This document shows, piece by piece, positions 1-8,361 of a stretch of DNA of 39,987 nt (the stretch's first letter is position 1; every line of letters starts with the position of its first letter). The stretch comes from a bacterium (lineage in GTDB: Bacteria > Hydrothermota > Tepidihabitantia > Tepidihabitantales > Tepidihabitantaceae). The DNA lies in NCBI GenBank assembly GCA_046485285.1, contig JAWOHE010000052.1:1-39987 (forward strand). Reading direction: 5' to 3'. The notes beneath the pieces are model-generated. The model was not told the origin of the DNA and searched no databases. It saw only the letters and a program-made list of their open reading frames with translations. The translations under genes and the position numbers were made by a program.

Positions 1-51
1 GCCCAAAGTACGCGGGAGGAAGCGCAAAGCAGACGGATTCAGCCCCTAATT

Positions 52-91
52 CGGTTAGCGTCACCGATTTCCGGTTAGCGTCACCGATTTC
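52..91. repeat. 20-bp direct tandem repeat (cggttagcgtcaccgatttc x2)
   Basis: Two identical consecutive copies at 52-71 and 72-91, lying where the other two DGR targets carry their downstream hairpin module. Confidence 0.85.
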
Positions 92-120
92 GGACACAGA
101 TTACCAGATTCACAGACAGG

Positions 121-1332
121 CTACCACGTCCCGGCACAACGGAACCCGAGGAGGTTGTACCGGCGCGACGGTACGAGCCCGAAGCGGAGGGCGCCGCGCA
201 GGTACCTGGCGAGGTCGAGCCAGGACCCGCCGCGGTACACGCGGCTCTAGCCGGTTGCCGGACCCTGCGGGTTGTTGTTTGCGCCCCGGCCGTAGTAGTC
301 CTTGTCGTACCAGTCATCGCACCATTCCCAGACATTCCCGGCCATATCCAAGAGGCCATAGGGCGAGGCTCCGGCCGGAAACGCCCCGACCGGCGCGGTA
401 TTGACATACCCGTCGTCGTAGCCTGTGATGATTGTCCAGTCAGAGTATCGCCGTTTGGCTGACTCGTCCGCGAAGTTCCCATTCCTGCTCGACCCCGGCG
501 CGCTGCTGCCCCACGGGTACTCCCTCGCATCCGTGCCCCGCGCCGCCTTTTCCCATTCCGCCTCGGTCGGCAGGCGCTTGCCCGCCCAGTCGCAGTAAGC
601 CTTGGCGTCGTCCCAGCTCACGTTGACAACCGGGTAGTCAGGGCAGGACCTGAGGTAGTCAGGCTTTCCGAGGAAGTCCGGGTCCTGCGGGTAGCTCCTC
701 CCGGTCGCGTCGCAGAACCGCCTGTACTGGCGGTTGGTCACCTCGTGCTTGTCGATGTAGTACGCGTCCAGATACACCTGCCGCACCGGCTTCTCGTCGT
801 CGAACTCGGTGGAGCCCATCGTGAAGGTCCCGGCCGGAATCTTCACCATCACCGATGAGTCCTTCAGCCACAGCGCCTCCTCGTAGCCCTGCGCGTTACG
901 GCCCCGGGCAACCGGGCCCGCCGGCGCCAGCACCCGGGCGGTGACGACGCAGTCGGAATACCCCTGTGCCTGGATGCGCACCTCGTGCTCGCCGACCGCC
1001 ACCCCGGTCACCGTCGTCGGCGTGTTGCCGACATAGGTCCCGTCGAGTTTCACCGCCGCGCCCGCCGGCGAGGAACTCACCGCCAGCGTGTCGCCGGACA
1101 CCGTCACCTTTCCCTCGACTCGCTTCGGCCTCGGCCTGCTCGTCTCGACCGGCACCAGCCTGACCGGCCTGCCGTCTTCGCCCGTGCACTCCGCGCAGAA
1201 GTTGTCCTCGTCCGGGTAGGTCGCCCCGCACTTCGGGCACTTCCTTGCGGCAAGCGCGACCGCCGCGACGAGCAGCAAGGTAACGGCTGCGATCACGATG
1301 CGCCTGCCTCGACTGACGCTCTGAACGTTCAT
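121..1332 (-). pseudogene. DGR target 1: secreted Zn-ribbon/PEGA/FGE-sulfatase (CLec-fold) protein interrupted by in-frame TAG at 247-249
   Basis: ATG at 1332 after AAGGAGG RBS. Signal peptide, CPKC..CAEC motif, PEGA-like segment (SSSPAGAAVKLDG..GNTP), FGE motifs (RLPTEAEWEKAARG, DMAGNVWEWC). The frame continues past the TAG as SRVYRGGSW...LGFRCAGTW* to 121, matching the C-termini of its paralogs. Confidence 0.8.
129..252 (-). repeat. DGR variable repeat VR1
   Basis: Colinear with the TR. By manual alignment 23 of 32 TR adenines are substituted; the only non-adenine difference is TCG->TAG. Confidence 0.92.
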
Positions 1333-1400
1333 CTGCAGTACCTCCTTTGCAGGTTTGCCTGCACCGGCATCGCTGAATCGTAACCCGCGCCGTCGGCCAG

Positions 1401-2465
1401 TCAACCGGCCAGCAGGCCGGCGCGGCCCAGCACCTGCCGGTTCAGCCGGTAGCTGTTACCCCACCGGCTGTGCCCGAGCCAGGCGGTGAGCGACTCGCGC
1501 ACCCGCCGGTTGCGCGCCGCGCCGCTTCCGGCCGCCAGCTTCCTGAGAGCCCTCGCATAGCGCACCGCGGTCGCCTTCCGCACCAGCCGGTGGCCCGGCC
1601 AGACCCGGAACCCGAGGAACTCCGCGCCGTCGCCGGTGCGCCAGACCCGGGTCCGCGCTTCGTGCAGCGTCAGCCTGAGGTCCCACAGGAAGCGCTCGAT
1701 GTCGCGCCGGACTCCGTGCAGCGCCGACGGGTTGTCGGCGAAGACCGCGAAGTCGTCCATGTAGCGCAGGTAGCGCCGACAGCGCAGTTCCTCCTTGACG
1801 AAGTGGTCCAGCTTGTTCAGGTAGACATTGCCGAAGAACTGGCTGGTCAGGTTGCCGATCGGCAGGCCGCGCACACGGGCAAGCGGCGTAAACAGGTCGT
1901 CGCCCGGGAACCAGGCGAGCTCGTACTCCGGCTCGAGGATACCGGCGCCGCTGGCCAGAATCAGCTCACACAGCGCCAGCACCCGCCGGTCCCGGATGCG
2001 CCGGTCGAGCTGTCGCCTCAGTATCCCGTGGTCCACCGACGGGTAGAACTTGCGGATGTCGCCGCGGAGGACGAACCGGCTCCCCCGCGCCCAGCGCTGG
2101 TAGCGGGCGAGCGCCCGGTGCTGGCCCTTGCCCCTCCGGCAGGCGTAGGAGTCGTGGATGAACCCGGTCTCGAAAACCGGCTCAAGAATGGCGTGGAGGG
2201 CGTGGTGGACAACTCGGTCCCGGAACGGCGCCGCGGTTATCAATCTGCGCTTCTGGTCCTCGACGTAGAAGTTGCGGTAAGGCCCGGGCCGCCACTCACC
2301 GGAGACCAGTTCGCGCTGGAGCCGCAGGAGTCCGGGCTCTAGGTTCAGCTCGAATGCCGCGACATCAGGCCGGCCGCGTTTCCCTCGCCGGGCCTGCCGG
2401 AAAGCGGCCAGCAGGCTTTCGAACCGGACCATTCGCTCGAACCGGCCGCCGAAGCTGTGCGGCAT
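1401..2465 (-). CDS. DGR reverse transcriptase
   Basis: RT motifs PFRDRVVHHA, DIRKFYPSVDH, GLPIGNLTSQ (SQ signature typical of DGR RTs), RYMDDF and FLGFR. About 354 aa with no maturase or endonuclease tail. Adjacent to TR and avd. Start taken at MPHSF (ATG 2465). Confidence 0.95.
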   Translation of the reverse strand: MPHSFGGRFERMVRFESLLAAFRQARRGKRGRPDVAAFELNLEPGLLRLQRELVSGEWRPGPYRNFYVEDQKRRLITAAPFRDRVVHHALHAILEPVFETGFIHDSYACRRGKGQHRALARYQRWARGSRFVLRGDIRKFYPSVDHGILRRQLDRRIRDRRVLALCELILASGAGILEPEYELAWFPGDDLFTPLARVRGLPIGNLTSQFFGNVYLNKLDHFVKEELRCRRYLRYMDDFAVFADNPSALHGVRRDIERFLWDLRLTLHEARTRVWRTGDGAEFLGFRVWPGHRLVRKATAVRYARALRKLAAGSGAARNRRVRESLTAWLGHSRWGNSYRLNRQVLGRAGLLAG

Positions 2466-2655
2466 CACGCAAGGTCGCCCGGGCGCGGGCCGCGGGCGCC
2501 AGCCGCCTGCCGGTCCGCGCCCGGACTGCTCCATTGTGGTCAGCCGCGCAAGCCTGCCACGGCCGACTCAGGACACGGGCAATCCGGTAGCCTCTCAGCG
2601 CAGTCCGCCGGTCCGTGGACCGGCGGCATCTGGTCGAAAGCTCCGAGGCCACTGC
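2466..2655 (-). ncRNA. Structured spacer between TR and RT (likely 3' part of the DGR template RNA)
   Basis: Non-coding interval with inverted repeats 2605-2614/2617-2626 (perfect) and 2479-2492/2511-2524 (one mismatch). Position matches the DGR spacer region. Confidence 0.5.
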
Positions 2656-2780
2656 TCCCGGCACAACGGAACCCGAGGTTGTTGTTCCGGTTCGATGGTT
2701 CGTTCCTGTTGCGGTTGGCGCTGCGCAGGTTCCTGGCGTTGTTGTTCCAGGACCCGCCGCGGTTCACGCGGTTCGAGCCA
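2656..2780 (-). repeat. DGR template repeat (TR)
   Basis: AAC-rich copy of the target C-terminus (reads GSNRVNRGGSWNNNARNLRSANRNRNEPSNRNNNLGFRCAG; 13 AAC codons, 32 A) between avd and RT. Three VR copies in the window differ from it at its adenines. Confidence 0.95.
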
Positions 2781-2795
2781 TTTCTGCCCGTGCCC

Positions 2796-3146
2796 TCAAC
2801 CGGGCAGCCGGGTCTGTTGTCGAATCCAGCCGCCCAGAAGCCTGCCGATTTCATCAATCTCCCTTGCCGCATACTCGTATGAGTTTGTCGCGAGCACCTT
2901 CAGCTCGTGGCTCAGCCGCACCAGCACGCGCAGTGTCTCGAGCGCGGCGTCGGCCCTGTCCAGCAGGGCCAGCTTGTCGCGCCGCCGGTTTGCGGACACC
3001 GCCGCCTCCAGCACGGTCAGCGCCCGGTCCTCGATTCTCACCGCCAGCGAGAACCTCAGCGACTTCGGGAACTTCTGCGTGTGCCGTAACAGCCAGCAGG
3101 AGAAATCGAAGCTACGCTGAATTACCAGAAACTCCGTTCTTGCCAT
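2796..3146 (-). CDS. avd: DGR accessory variability determinant (Avd), four-helix bundle
   Basis: 116 aa, basic and helical, with KFPKSLRFSLAVRI and EIGRLLGGW motifs. Immediately upstream of the TR. Confidence 0.9.
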   Translation of the reverse strand: MARTEFLVIQRSFDFSCWLLRHTQKFPKSLRFSLAVRIEDRALTVLEAAVSANRRRDKLALLDRADAALETLRVLVRLSHELKVLATNSYEYAAREIDEIGRLLGGWIRQQTRLPG

Positions 3147-3163
3147 TTTTCGCCGCCCGTCGA

Positions 3164-3232
3164 GCGGCGGCTTCGCCGCCGCCCCCGGAGCCCAGATATT
3201 CAGATTTCCAGATTACCAGATTCACAGACAGG
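3164..3232 (-). other. Conserved post-VR cis module: AATCTG octamer repeats plus GC hairpin (gcggcggc-GAA-gccgccgc)
   Basis: Nearly identical to 11986-12056. The 8-bp stem with 3-nt loop at 3164-3182 resembles the target-recognition hairpin found downstream of DGR VRs. Confidence 0.75.
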
Positions 3233-5200
3233 CTACCACGTCCCGGCACAACGGAACCCGAGGTCGCGGCTCCGGTACGACGGCGCGTACCCGACGCGGT
3301 GGGCGCCGCGCAGGCCCCAGGCGACGTTGAGGTTCCAGGACCCGCCGCGGAGCACGCGGAACGAGCCGGATGACGGCCCCGGCGGGTTGCGGTCCACGCC
3401 TTTGCCGTAGTAGTCGCTGTCGTACCAGTCATTGCACCATTCCCAGACATTCCCGGCCATATCGAGCAACCCATAGGGCGAGGCGCCGGCCGGGAACGAC
3501 CCGACCGGTGAGGTATGTCGGTAGCCGTCTTCGGTATAATTGCCCGGGTCATAGTTTGCCCGGTATCTCCCACCCGCGTCCGGCGCTTCATTGCCCCACG
3601 GATACTTCCGCCCATCCGTGCCCCGCGCCGCCTTCTCCCATTCCGCCTCGGTCGGCAGACGCTTGCCCGCCCAGTCGGCATAAGCCCTGGCGTCGTCCCA
3701 ACTGACATTGACCACGGGATAGGACGGATAGGACTGAAAGTAGTTGGACATGCTCTCGAAACCCGGGTCCTGCGGGTAGCCCCGGCCGGTCGCGTCGCAG
3801 AACTTCTTGTACTGCCGGTTGGTCACCTCGTGCTTGTCGATGTGGTACGCGTCCAGATACACCTGCCGCACCGGCTTCTCGCCGCTGTCCGCGTCGCTCG
3901 CGTCCGACCCCATCGTGAAGGCCCCGGCCGGAATCCTGACCATCACCGACGAGTCCTTGAGCCACAGCGCCTCCTCGTAGCCCTGCGCGTTCCGGCCGAG
4001 GGAGCGCATACCGCCTGCCGCCGGTCGCTCACCGCTCACCGCAGGCTGTTCGGCTGCTCCGGGCCCGGCAGGAGCGGCATCCCTGCCGCGATTGCCCGTC
4101 AGAACGACCAACAACACCACCGCGGCGATGGCAATGCCGATGCCGATGCCGAGAACCGCCTTGCGGCGAGGAGGGTGATGAGTGATGAGTGATGAGTAAT
4201 GCGGAACCTCCGGCACCGCCGCCACCGGGTCCGGTATCGTCTTCCGCATCACCGCTTCCGGCCGTATGCTGTGAGCTGGCGGCTGTCGGCCTTTCTCCTC
4301 ATCGGGCTGTAAGCTGTCGGCTGGTGGCTGTGGGCTTCTCTCCTCCGGCTGTAAGCTGTGAGCTGTCAGCCGTAGGCTGTTCTCCAGCGCTTCTGCGAAT
4401 TCCTCACAGCTCTGGAACCGCTCCTGCGGCTTCTTCCGCATCGCCTTGAGTATCACCCGTTCCATCGCTTCGCTGATTCCCGGGTTCGCCCTGCGCGGCG
4501 GTATCGGCGGCTCCTGCAGGTGCGCCTCGAAGAACGAGGAGGTGTCGGATTCGTCAAATGGCAGTCGGCCGGTCGCGGCCTCGTACAGGGTACAGCCGAG
4601 CGAGTAGATGTCCGTGCGCCGGTCCAGCCGCTTGTCCAGCACCTGCTCCGGCGACATGTAAGCCGGAGTGCCGACCCGGTGGCCGGATACCGACACGCCG
4701 GTGTTGCCGGAGACGATCCGGGCAATCCCGAAGTCGCCGACCTTTGCCCCGAACTCGGTCAGCATTATGTTCAAGGGCTTCAAATCACGGTGGACGATTC
4801 CGTGCCGGTGGGCGAACCCGACCGCGGAGAGCACCTGACCGAAGAGCCGCCCGAGTTCTTCCGGCGGCAGTGCGCCCCGGGCCTTCACCAGCCCGGCAAG
4901 GTCCCGCACCCCGCGGACCCCGGCGATGTATTCGAGTATCAGGAACAGGCCGTCCTCGTTCTCGACATAGTCGAAGAGCGAGACGATGTTCGGGTGGCCC
5001 CTGAGCCGGGCCTGGGAGTTGGCCTCGTCCGCGGCCCGGCGGGCCGCTTCCGGGTCCCCGAAGATGAGCTTGGGGGAGAGGAGCTTGACCGCCACGACCT
5101 GGCTCTCGATTTTCCGGTGCACTGCGCGATAGACCACGCCCATCCCGCCCCGGCCGACCTCTTCGGTGATGCGGTAGTTGCCGACAAGAACGCCAATCAT
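3233..5200 (-). CDS. DGR target 2: membrane Ser/Thr (Hanks) kinase with C-terminal FGE-sulfatase/CLec variable domain
   Basis: Kinase motifs GRGGMGVVY, VAVK, HRDLKPLN, DFG, GTPAYMSPE. TM helix AVLGIGIGIAIAAVVLLVVLTG. FGE domain ends in the VR (RGGSW...LGFRCAGTW). Confidence 0.93.
   Translation of the reverse strand: MIGVLVGNYRITEEVGRGGMGVVYRAVHRKIESQVVAVKLLSPKLIFGDPEAARRAADEANSQARLRGHPNIVSLFDYVENEDGLFLILEYIAGVRGVRDLAGLVKARGALPPEELGRLFGQVLSAVGFAHRHGIVHRDLKPLNIMLTEFGAKVGDFGIARIVSGNTGVSVSGHRVGTPAYMSPEQVLDKRLDRRTDIYSLGCTLYEAATGRLPFDESDTSSFFEAHLQEPPIPPRRANPGISEAMERVILKAMRKKPQERFQSCEEFAEALENSLRLTAHSLQPEERSPQPPADSLQPDEEKGRQPPAHSIRPEAVMRKTIPDPVAAVPEVPHYSSLITHHPPRRKAVLGIGIGIAIAAVVLLVVLTGNRGRDAAPAGPGAAEQPAVSGERPAAGGMRSLGRNAQGYEEALWLKDSSVMVRIPAGAFTMGSDASDADSGEKPVRQVYLDAYHIDKHEVTNRQYKKFCDATGRGYPQDPGFESMSNYFQSYPSYPVVNVSWDDARAYADWAGKRLPTEAEWEKAARGTDGRKYPWGNEAPDAGGRYRANYDPGNYTEDGYRHTSPVGSFPAGASPYGLLDMAGNVWEWCNDWYDSDYYGKGVDRNPPGPSSGSFRVLRGGSWNLNVAWGLRGAHRVGYAPSYRSRDLGFRCAGTW
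3241..3367 (-). repeat. DGR variable repeat VR2
   Basis: All substitutions versus the TR are at TR adenines (about 23), plus one extra NNC codon in the first AAC run. Confidence 0.92.
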
Positions 5201-5211
5201 GGCCGGGAGCC

Positions 5212-5242
5212 CACAGCCGACAGCTCACAGCCATCAGCTATC
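5212..5242. repeat. Heptamer array (cacagcc/gacagct/atcagct) downstream of the four-helix gene
   Basis: 7-nt periodicity; inverted relative to the array at 5673-5707. Confidence 0.7.
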
Positions 5243-5293
5243 CGGACATGGGCAACAGAACATCTGCTCCGGACGACGGTCAACCGTATGGAC

Positions 5294-5656
5294 CTATTCA
5301 TCAGCCGCCGTGACGCGCTGTAACAGCCGGGTCAGCATTCTCTTGACTTCTTCGTACTTCGCTTCCAGCCCGGCAACTTCACCCGGCTTCGCGTACCCTA
5401 GCCTTCCGGCAAGGCTCAACTGGTAACGAACTTCCTCGCAGGAGCCGATAGCGATATTCACGAACCGGGCGAAGTCTCTCTGGCTGGACCGGGCCGCACC
5501 CTCGACAAGGTTCATCGGTATCGAATACGCGGCACGCCGCATCTGCGACGTGAGTCCGAACTGCTCGCTCCGCGGAAACTGCCCGGTCAGGAGATACACC
5601 CGGAGTACCATTTCGTCTGCCAGCTTGAATACTTCGTACTTACCGATGTTTCTCAC
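5294..5656 (-). CDS. Four helix bundle protein (23S rRNA IVP-like family)
   Basis: FPRSEQFGLTSQMRRAAYSIPMNLVEG...FVNIAIGSCEEVRYQL is the family pattern. GTG start at 5656 after GGAGG. Confidence 0.88.
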   Translation of the reverse strand: MRNIGKYEVFKLADEMVLRVYLLTGQFPRSEQFGLTSQMRRAAYSIPMNLVEGAARSSQRDFARFVNIAIGSCEEVRYQLSLAGRLGYAKPGEVAGLEAKYEEVKRMLTRLLQRVTAADE

Positions 5657-5672
5657 CTGACCTCCGCGGCCC

Positions 5673-5707
5673 GCTGGCTGTAAGCTGTAAGCTGATAGCT
5701 GACGGCT
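5673..5707. repeat. Heptamer array (gtaagct/gatagct/gacggct) upstream of the four-helix gene
   Basis: 7-nt periodicity; 5694-5707 is the reverse complement of 5229-5242 with one mismatch. Confidence 0.7.
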
Positions 5708-5711
5708 CCTC

Positions 5712-8303
5712 TCATACAATATCCCTCCTCCTCAGCGCGAGCGCGGCGAGGATGGTGAAGACAGCGGTCAGGAAGGACAGCACCAGCAGGCCGGGGACGA
5801 GCCCGAGCGTCGGCATCTCCTTGAACCAGTAGAAGGTGTTCGCCCCATCCCGGGTCATCGCCAGCGCGGGCGTGAGCTGGCCGACGGTCCGGGTGCTGAA
5901 CCGTGACAGGACGTCCAGCACCCAGCGCGATATCATCAGGTTCGAGAAGAACCTCATCGGCCCGAGCTGGGGCAGGGGCACGACCATCCCGGCGAAGAGC
6001 ACCTGCGGTATCAGCGTCAGCGGCACCAGCCCCATCGCGCCCTCGGGCGATGACAGGAGAGCGGAAATCAGCAGGCCCATCGCCGACCCGGCAATCCCGC
6101 CCAGGGTCAGGACCGCGGTGTAGCCGAGGATACTGCCCGGCAGTTCCGCCACCATCAGCTTGACGATGACCGACAGCACGAGGCATTGGACGAACAGGAA
6201 CACCGCCAGCACAAACGCCTTGGACAGGATGTACGGCGCAATCTTCAGGTTCACCATCCTCTCCCGGCGATAGACCGACCACTCGGCGACGATTTCCCGG
6301 CAGGAGTTGGTCGCCCCGAACCATATCGCCGCCAGCGCCAGCATGAACAGCACCCCGCCCATCGCCTCGTAGCCCTTGTCCCCGAAGACCAGCCCGATGA
6401 GCAGGGCGATTATCGGCGCCTGGGCGAGCAGGACCGCGGTGCCGGCGGTGTCGGAGAGCTTCATCCGCCAGTAGCGCCGGACCAGGATGCCCCACTGGCG
6501 CAGGCCGTTGGTCGGCTGGCGCCCGGTCTTCGCGCCGACCCCGGTCTTGACGCTCTTGACCTCCATCCGGCCCGCGACATAGTCCGCATAGTACCGGGAC
6601 TCCCGGAACTTCCGCTCCCAGTACTCGCCCGGCCGGTAGATCGGCTCGCCGCACTTGTCGCACTTCGGCAGGGGGCGGGGCGCGGTCGGGAACTTCCGGT
6701 CGCACTTCGGGCAGTACTTGCCGCCGAGGTAGAACAGCAGCTTGCGCGGGTCGTCCCGGCCGATCCCGCCGAAGTGGTCGAAGACCTCCCGGCCCGGCCC
6801 GTGGTAGACCAGCCTGCCCTCGTCCACCAGCAGGACCATGTCGAGCGTGTCGAATGTCGAGCGGGACTCGACATTGTGGGTCGTCAGTATCACCGACCGA
6901 CCGCCGCGCGCGGCCTCGGCCAGCACCTCGGTCACTTCCTCCGCGGTCGCCGGGTCGAGCCCGGACAGCGGCTCGTCGAGGAACAGGCAGGCCGGTTCGG
7001 TTATCAGCTCCTGGGCGAGGTTCACCCGCTTGCGCTGGCCGCCGGAAATCCCCCGCTTCTGCGGGTCGCCGATGCGGACGTTGCGACAGCCGTCCAGCCG
7101 CAGGTCGCTGATGACCTCGTCCACCCGTTGCTTCACTTCCGCGTCCGAGGTGTCCTCGGGCAGCCTGAGCTTGGCGGTGTAGTAGAGCGACTGCTCGACG
7201 GTCAGCGACCGGTGGATGATGTCGTCCTGCGGCACGTAGCCGATATTGCCGCGCAGGGCGTCGTAGTTCGCGTAGAGGTCAACCCCGCCGAACCGGACCA
7301 GGCCGGTCGCACTGCTGTCGTAGCCGGTGATGACGTTGAGCAGGGTGGTCTTGCCCGAGCCGGACGGCCCGATGAGTCCGGTGAACTCGCCCGGGCAGGA
7401 GACGAAGGAGATGTTCTGGATGATGACCGTGCTCGGGACCTCTTTGCGGATGTCGGCGGCCTCGAGCTTGACCTGGCCGGGCTCGGCCGGATGCCTCAGC
7501 CGCTCCTCCTCAAACGCGAGCGCGTATGATCCTAGGCCGATGGTGTCGCCCCGGGCGAGCAGGGCCTCGGTGACCCGCCGGCCGTTGACGAAGGTGCCGT
7601 TCATCGAGCCGAGGTCCCTGATGAAGGTGCCCGACCCGCGGCGCTCGATGCGGCAGTGATGCCGGGAGACCTGGGGGTAGTTGACCACGAGGTCGTTGTC
7701 GGTGGCCCGGCCGATGCTCAGTCGGTCCCGGTCGAGGTGGATGACCCGGTCCTGCTTCCTGTCCCCGAGCGCGCGCTCACCGAACCGGCGCGAGGCCAGC
7801 CGCGAGAACTCCGGCCGGCGCTCGCTCACGCGCCCGGCGCCGCCTGCCACCCCGCCCGACTCGTCGCGGGCCGGCGGGCGGTCGGCGGACGGCTCGTCTC
7901 CGTCCGGCCGAGTCAGGCGGCATTCCACGACCGCTTCCTGCTCAACCCGAAATCGCAATGCCCCGCTCCGACCCAGTCTTACGACCTGTCCGGACTCGAC
8001 CCGGCTCTCGGTCACCCGCTCTTTTCCCGCGCCGACGTAGGTGCCGTTCAGCGAGCCGAGGTCGCGCACGACCGCGCGCCCGGCGGCATCGGTCCCGACC
8101 CAGCAGTGCAGGCCCGAGATGCTGTGCTCCGGGTCCTGCACCTCGAGGAGGAGCGGCTCGCCCTCGGTCGGCAGTCCCAGCTCCGCCCGCCGCCGGGCCG
8201 CGTCCTCGAGCTTCTCCTTCCAGTAGCCGATGAGCACCCCGGCCCGGGGAAGTTCGCACTCCTCACCTTGCCTCGGCCCGGCGATGATGCTCAGCCTGGC
8301 CAC
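5712..8303 (-). CDS. FHA-FHA-ABC ATPase-permease fusion (Rv1747-like ABC transporter)
   Basis: Two FHA-like segments (ISGLHC..DLGSLNGTYV; IGRATDND..VSRHHC..DLGSMNGTFVNG), Walker A GPSGSGKTT, ISGGQRKR signature, FLDEP Walker B and C-terminal ABC-2-type TM helices. Confidence 0.9.
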   Translation of the reverse strand: MARLSIIAGPRQGEECELPRAGVLIGYWKEKLEDAARRRAELGLPTEGEPLLLEVQDPEHSISGLHCWVGTDAAGRAVVRDLGSLNGTYVGAGKERVTESRVESGQVVRLGRSGALRFRVEQEAVVECRLTRPDGDEPSADRPPARDESGGVAGGAGRVSERRPEFSRLASRRFGERALGDRKQDRVIHLDRDRLSIGRATDNDLVVNYPQVSRHHCRIERRGSGTFIRDLGSMNGTFVNGRRVTEALLARGDTIGLGSYALAFEEERLRHPAEPGQVKLEAADIRKEVPSTVIIQNISFVSCPGEFTGLIGPSGSGKTTLLNVITGYDSSATGLVRFGGVDLYANYDALRGNIGYVPQDDIIHRSLTVEQSLYYTAKLRLPEDTSDAEVKQRVDEVISDLRLDGCRNVRIGDPQKRGISGGQRKRVNLAQELITEPACLFLDEPLSGLDPATAEEVTEVLAEAARGGRSVILTTHNVESRSTFDTLDMVLLVDEGRLVYHGPGREVFDHFGGIGRDDPRKLLFYLGGKYCPKCDRKFPTAPRPLPKCDKCGEPIYRPGEYWERKFRESRYYADYVAGRMEVKSVKTGVGAKTGRQPTNGLRQWGILVRRYWRMKLSDTAGTAVLLAQAPIIALLIGLVFGDKGYEAMGGVLFMLALAAIWFGATNSCREIVAEWSVYRRERMVNLKIAPYILSKAFVLAVFLFVQCLVLSVIVKLMVAELPGSILGYTAVLTLGGIAGSAMGLLISALLSSPEGAMGLVPLTLIPQVLFAGMVVPLPQLGPMRFFSNLMISRWVLDVLSRFSTRTVGQLTPALAMTRDGANTFYWFKEMPTLGLVPGLLVLSFLTAVFTILAALALRRRDIV

Positions 8304-8361
8304 GGCAATCTCCCTTCTGGCTCATCACTTCTGAATCCGGCCGCTTCCTTCTCGTCACTCA

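Noticed and set aside
52-91. Possible CRISPR repeat
   Set aside because: Only two abutting 20-bp copies with no spacer.
247-249. Genome-wide TAG reassignment
   Set aside because: TAG ends targets 2 and 3, moxR and other genes at the expected positions.
1401-2534. RT as group II intron, retron or CRISPR-associated RT
   Set aside because: No maturase/endonuclease domain and no cas genes; the SQ motif, avd and TR/VR pairs identify a DGR.
2540-2872. 110-aa ORF with Asn-rich FGE-like C-terminus
   Set aside because: It is the TR read in frame; it overlaps avd and has no FGE body. The TR functions as RNA template.
5294-5656. 23S rRNA intervening sequence or rRNA gene
   Set aside because: No rRNA-like sequence flanks the gene; the family name does not imply an rRNA location.
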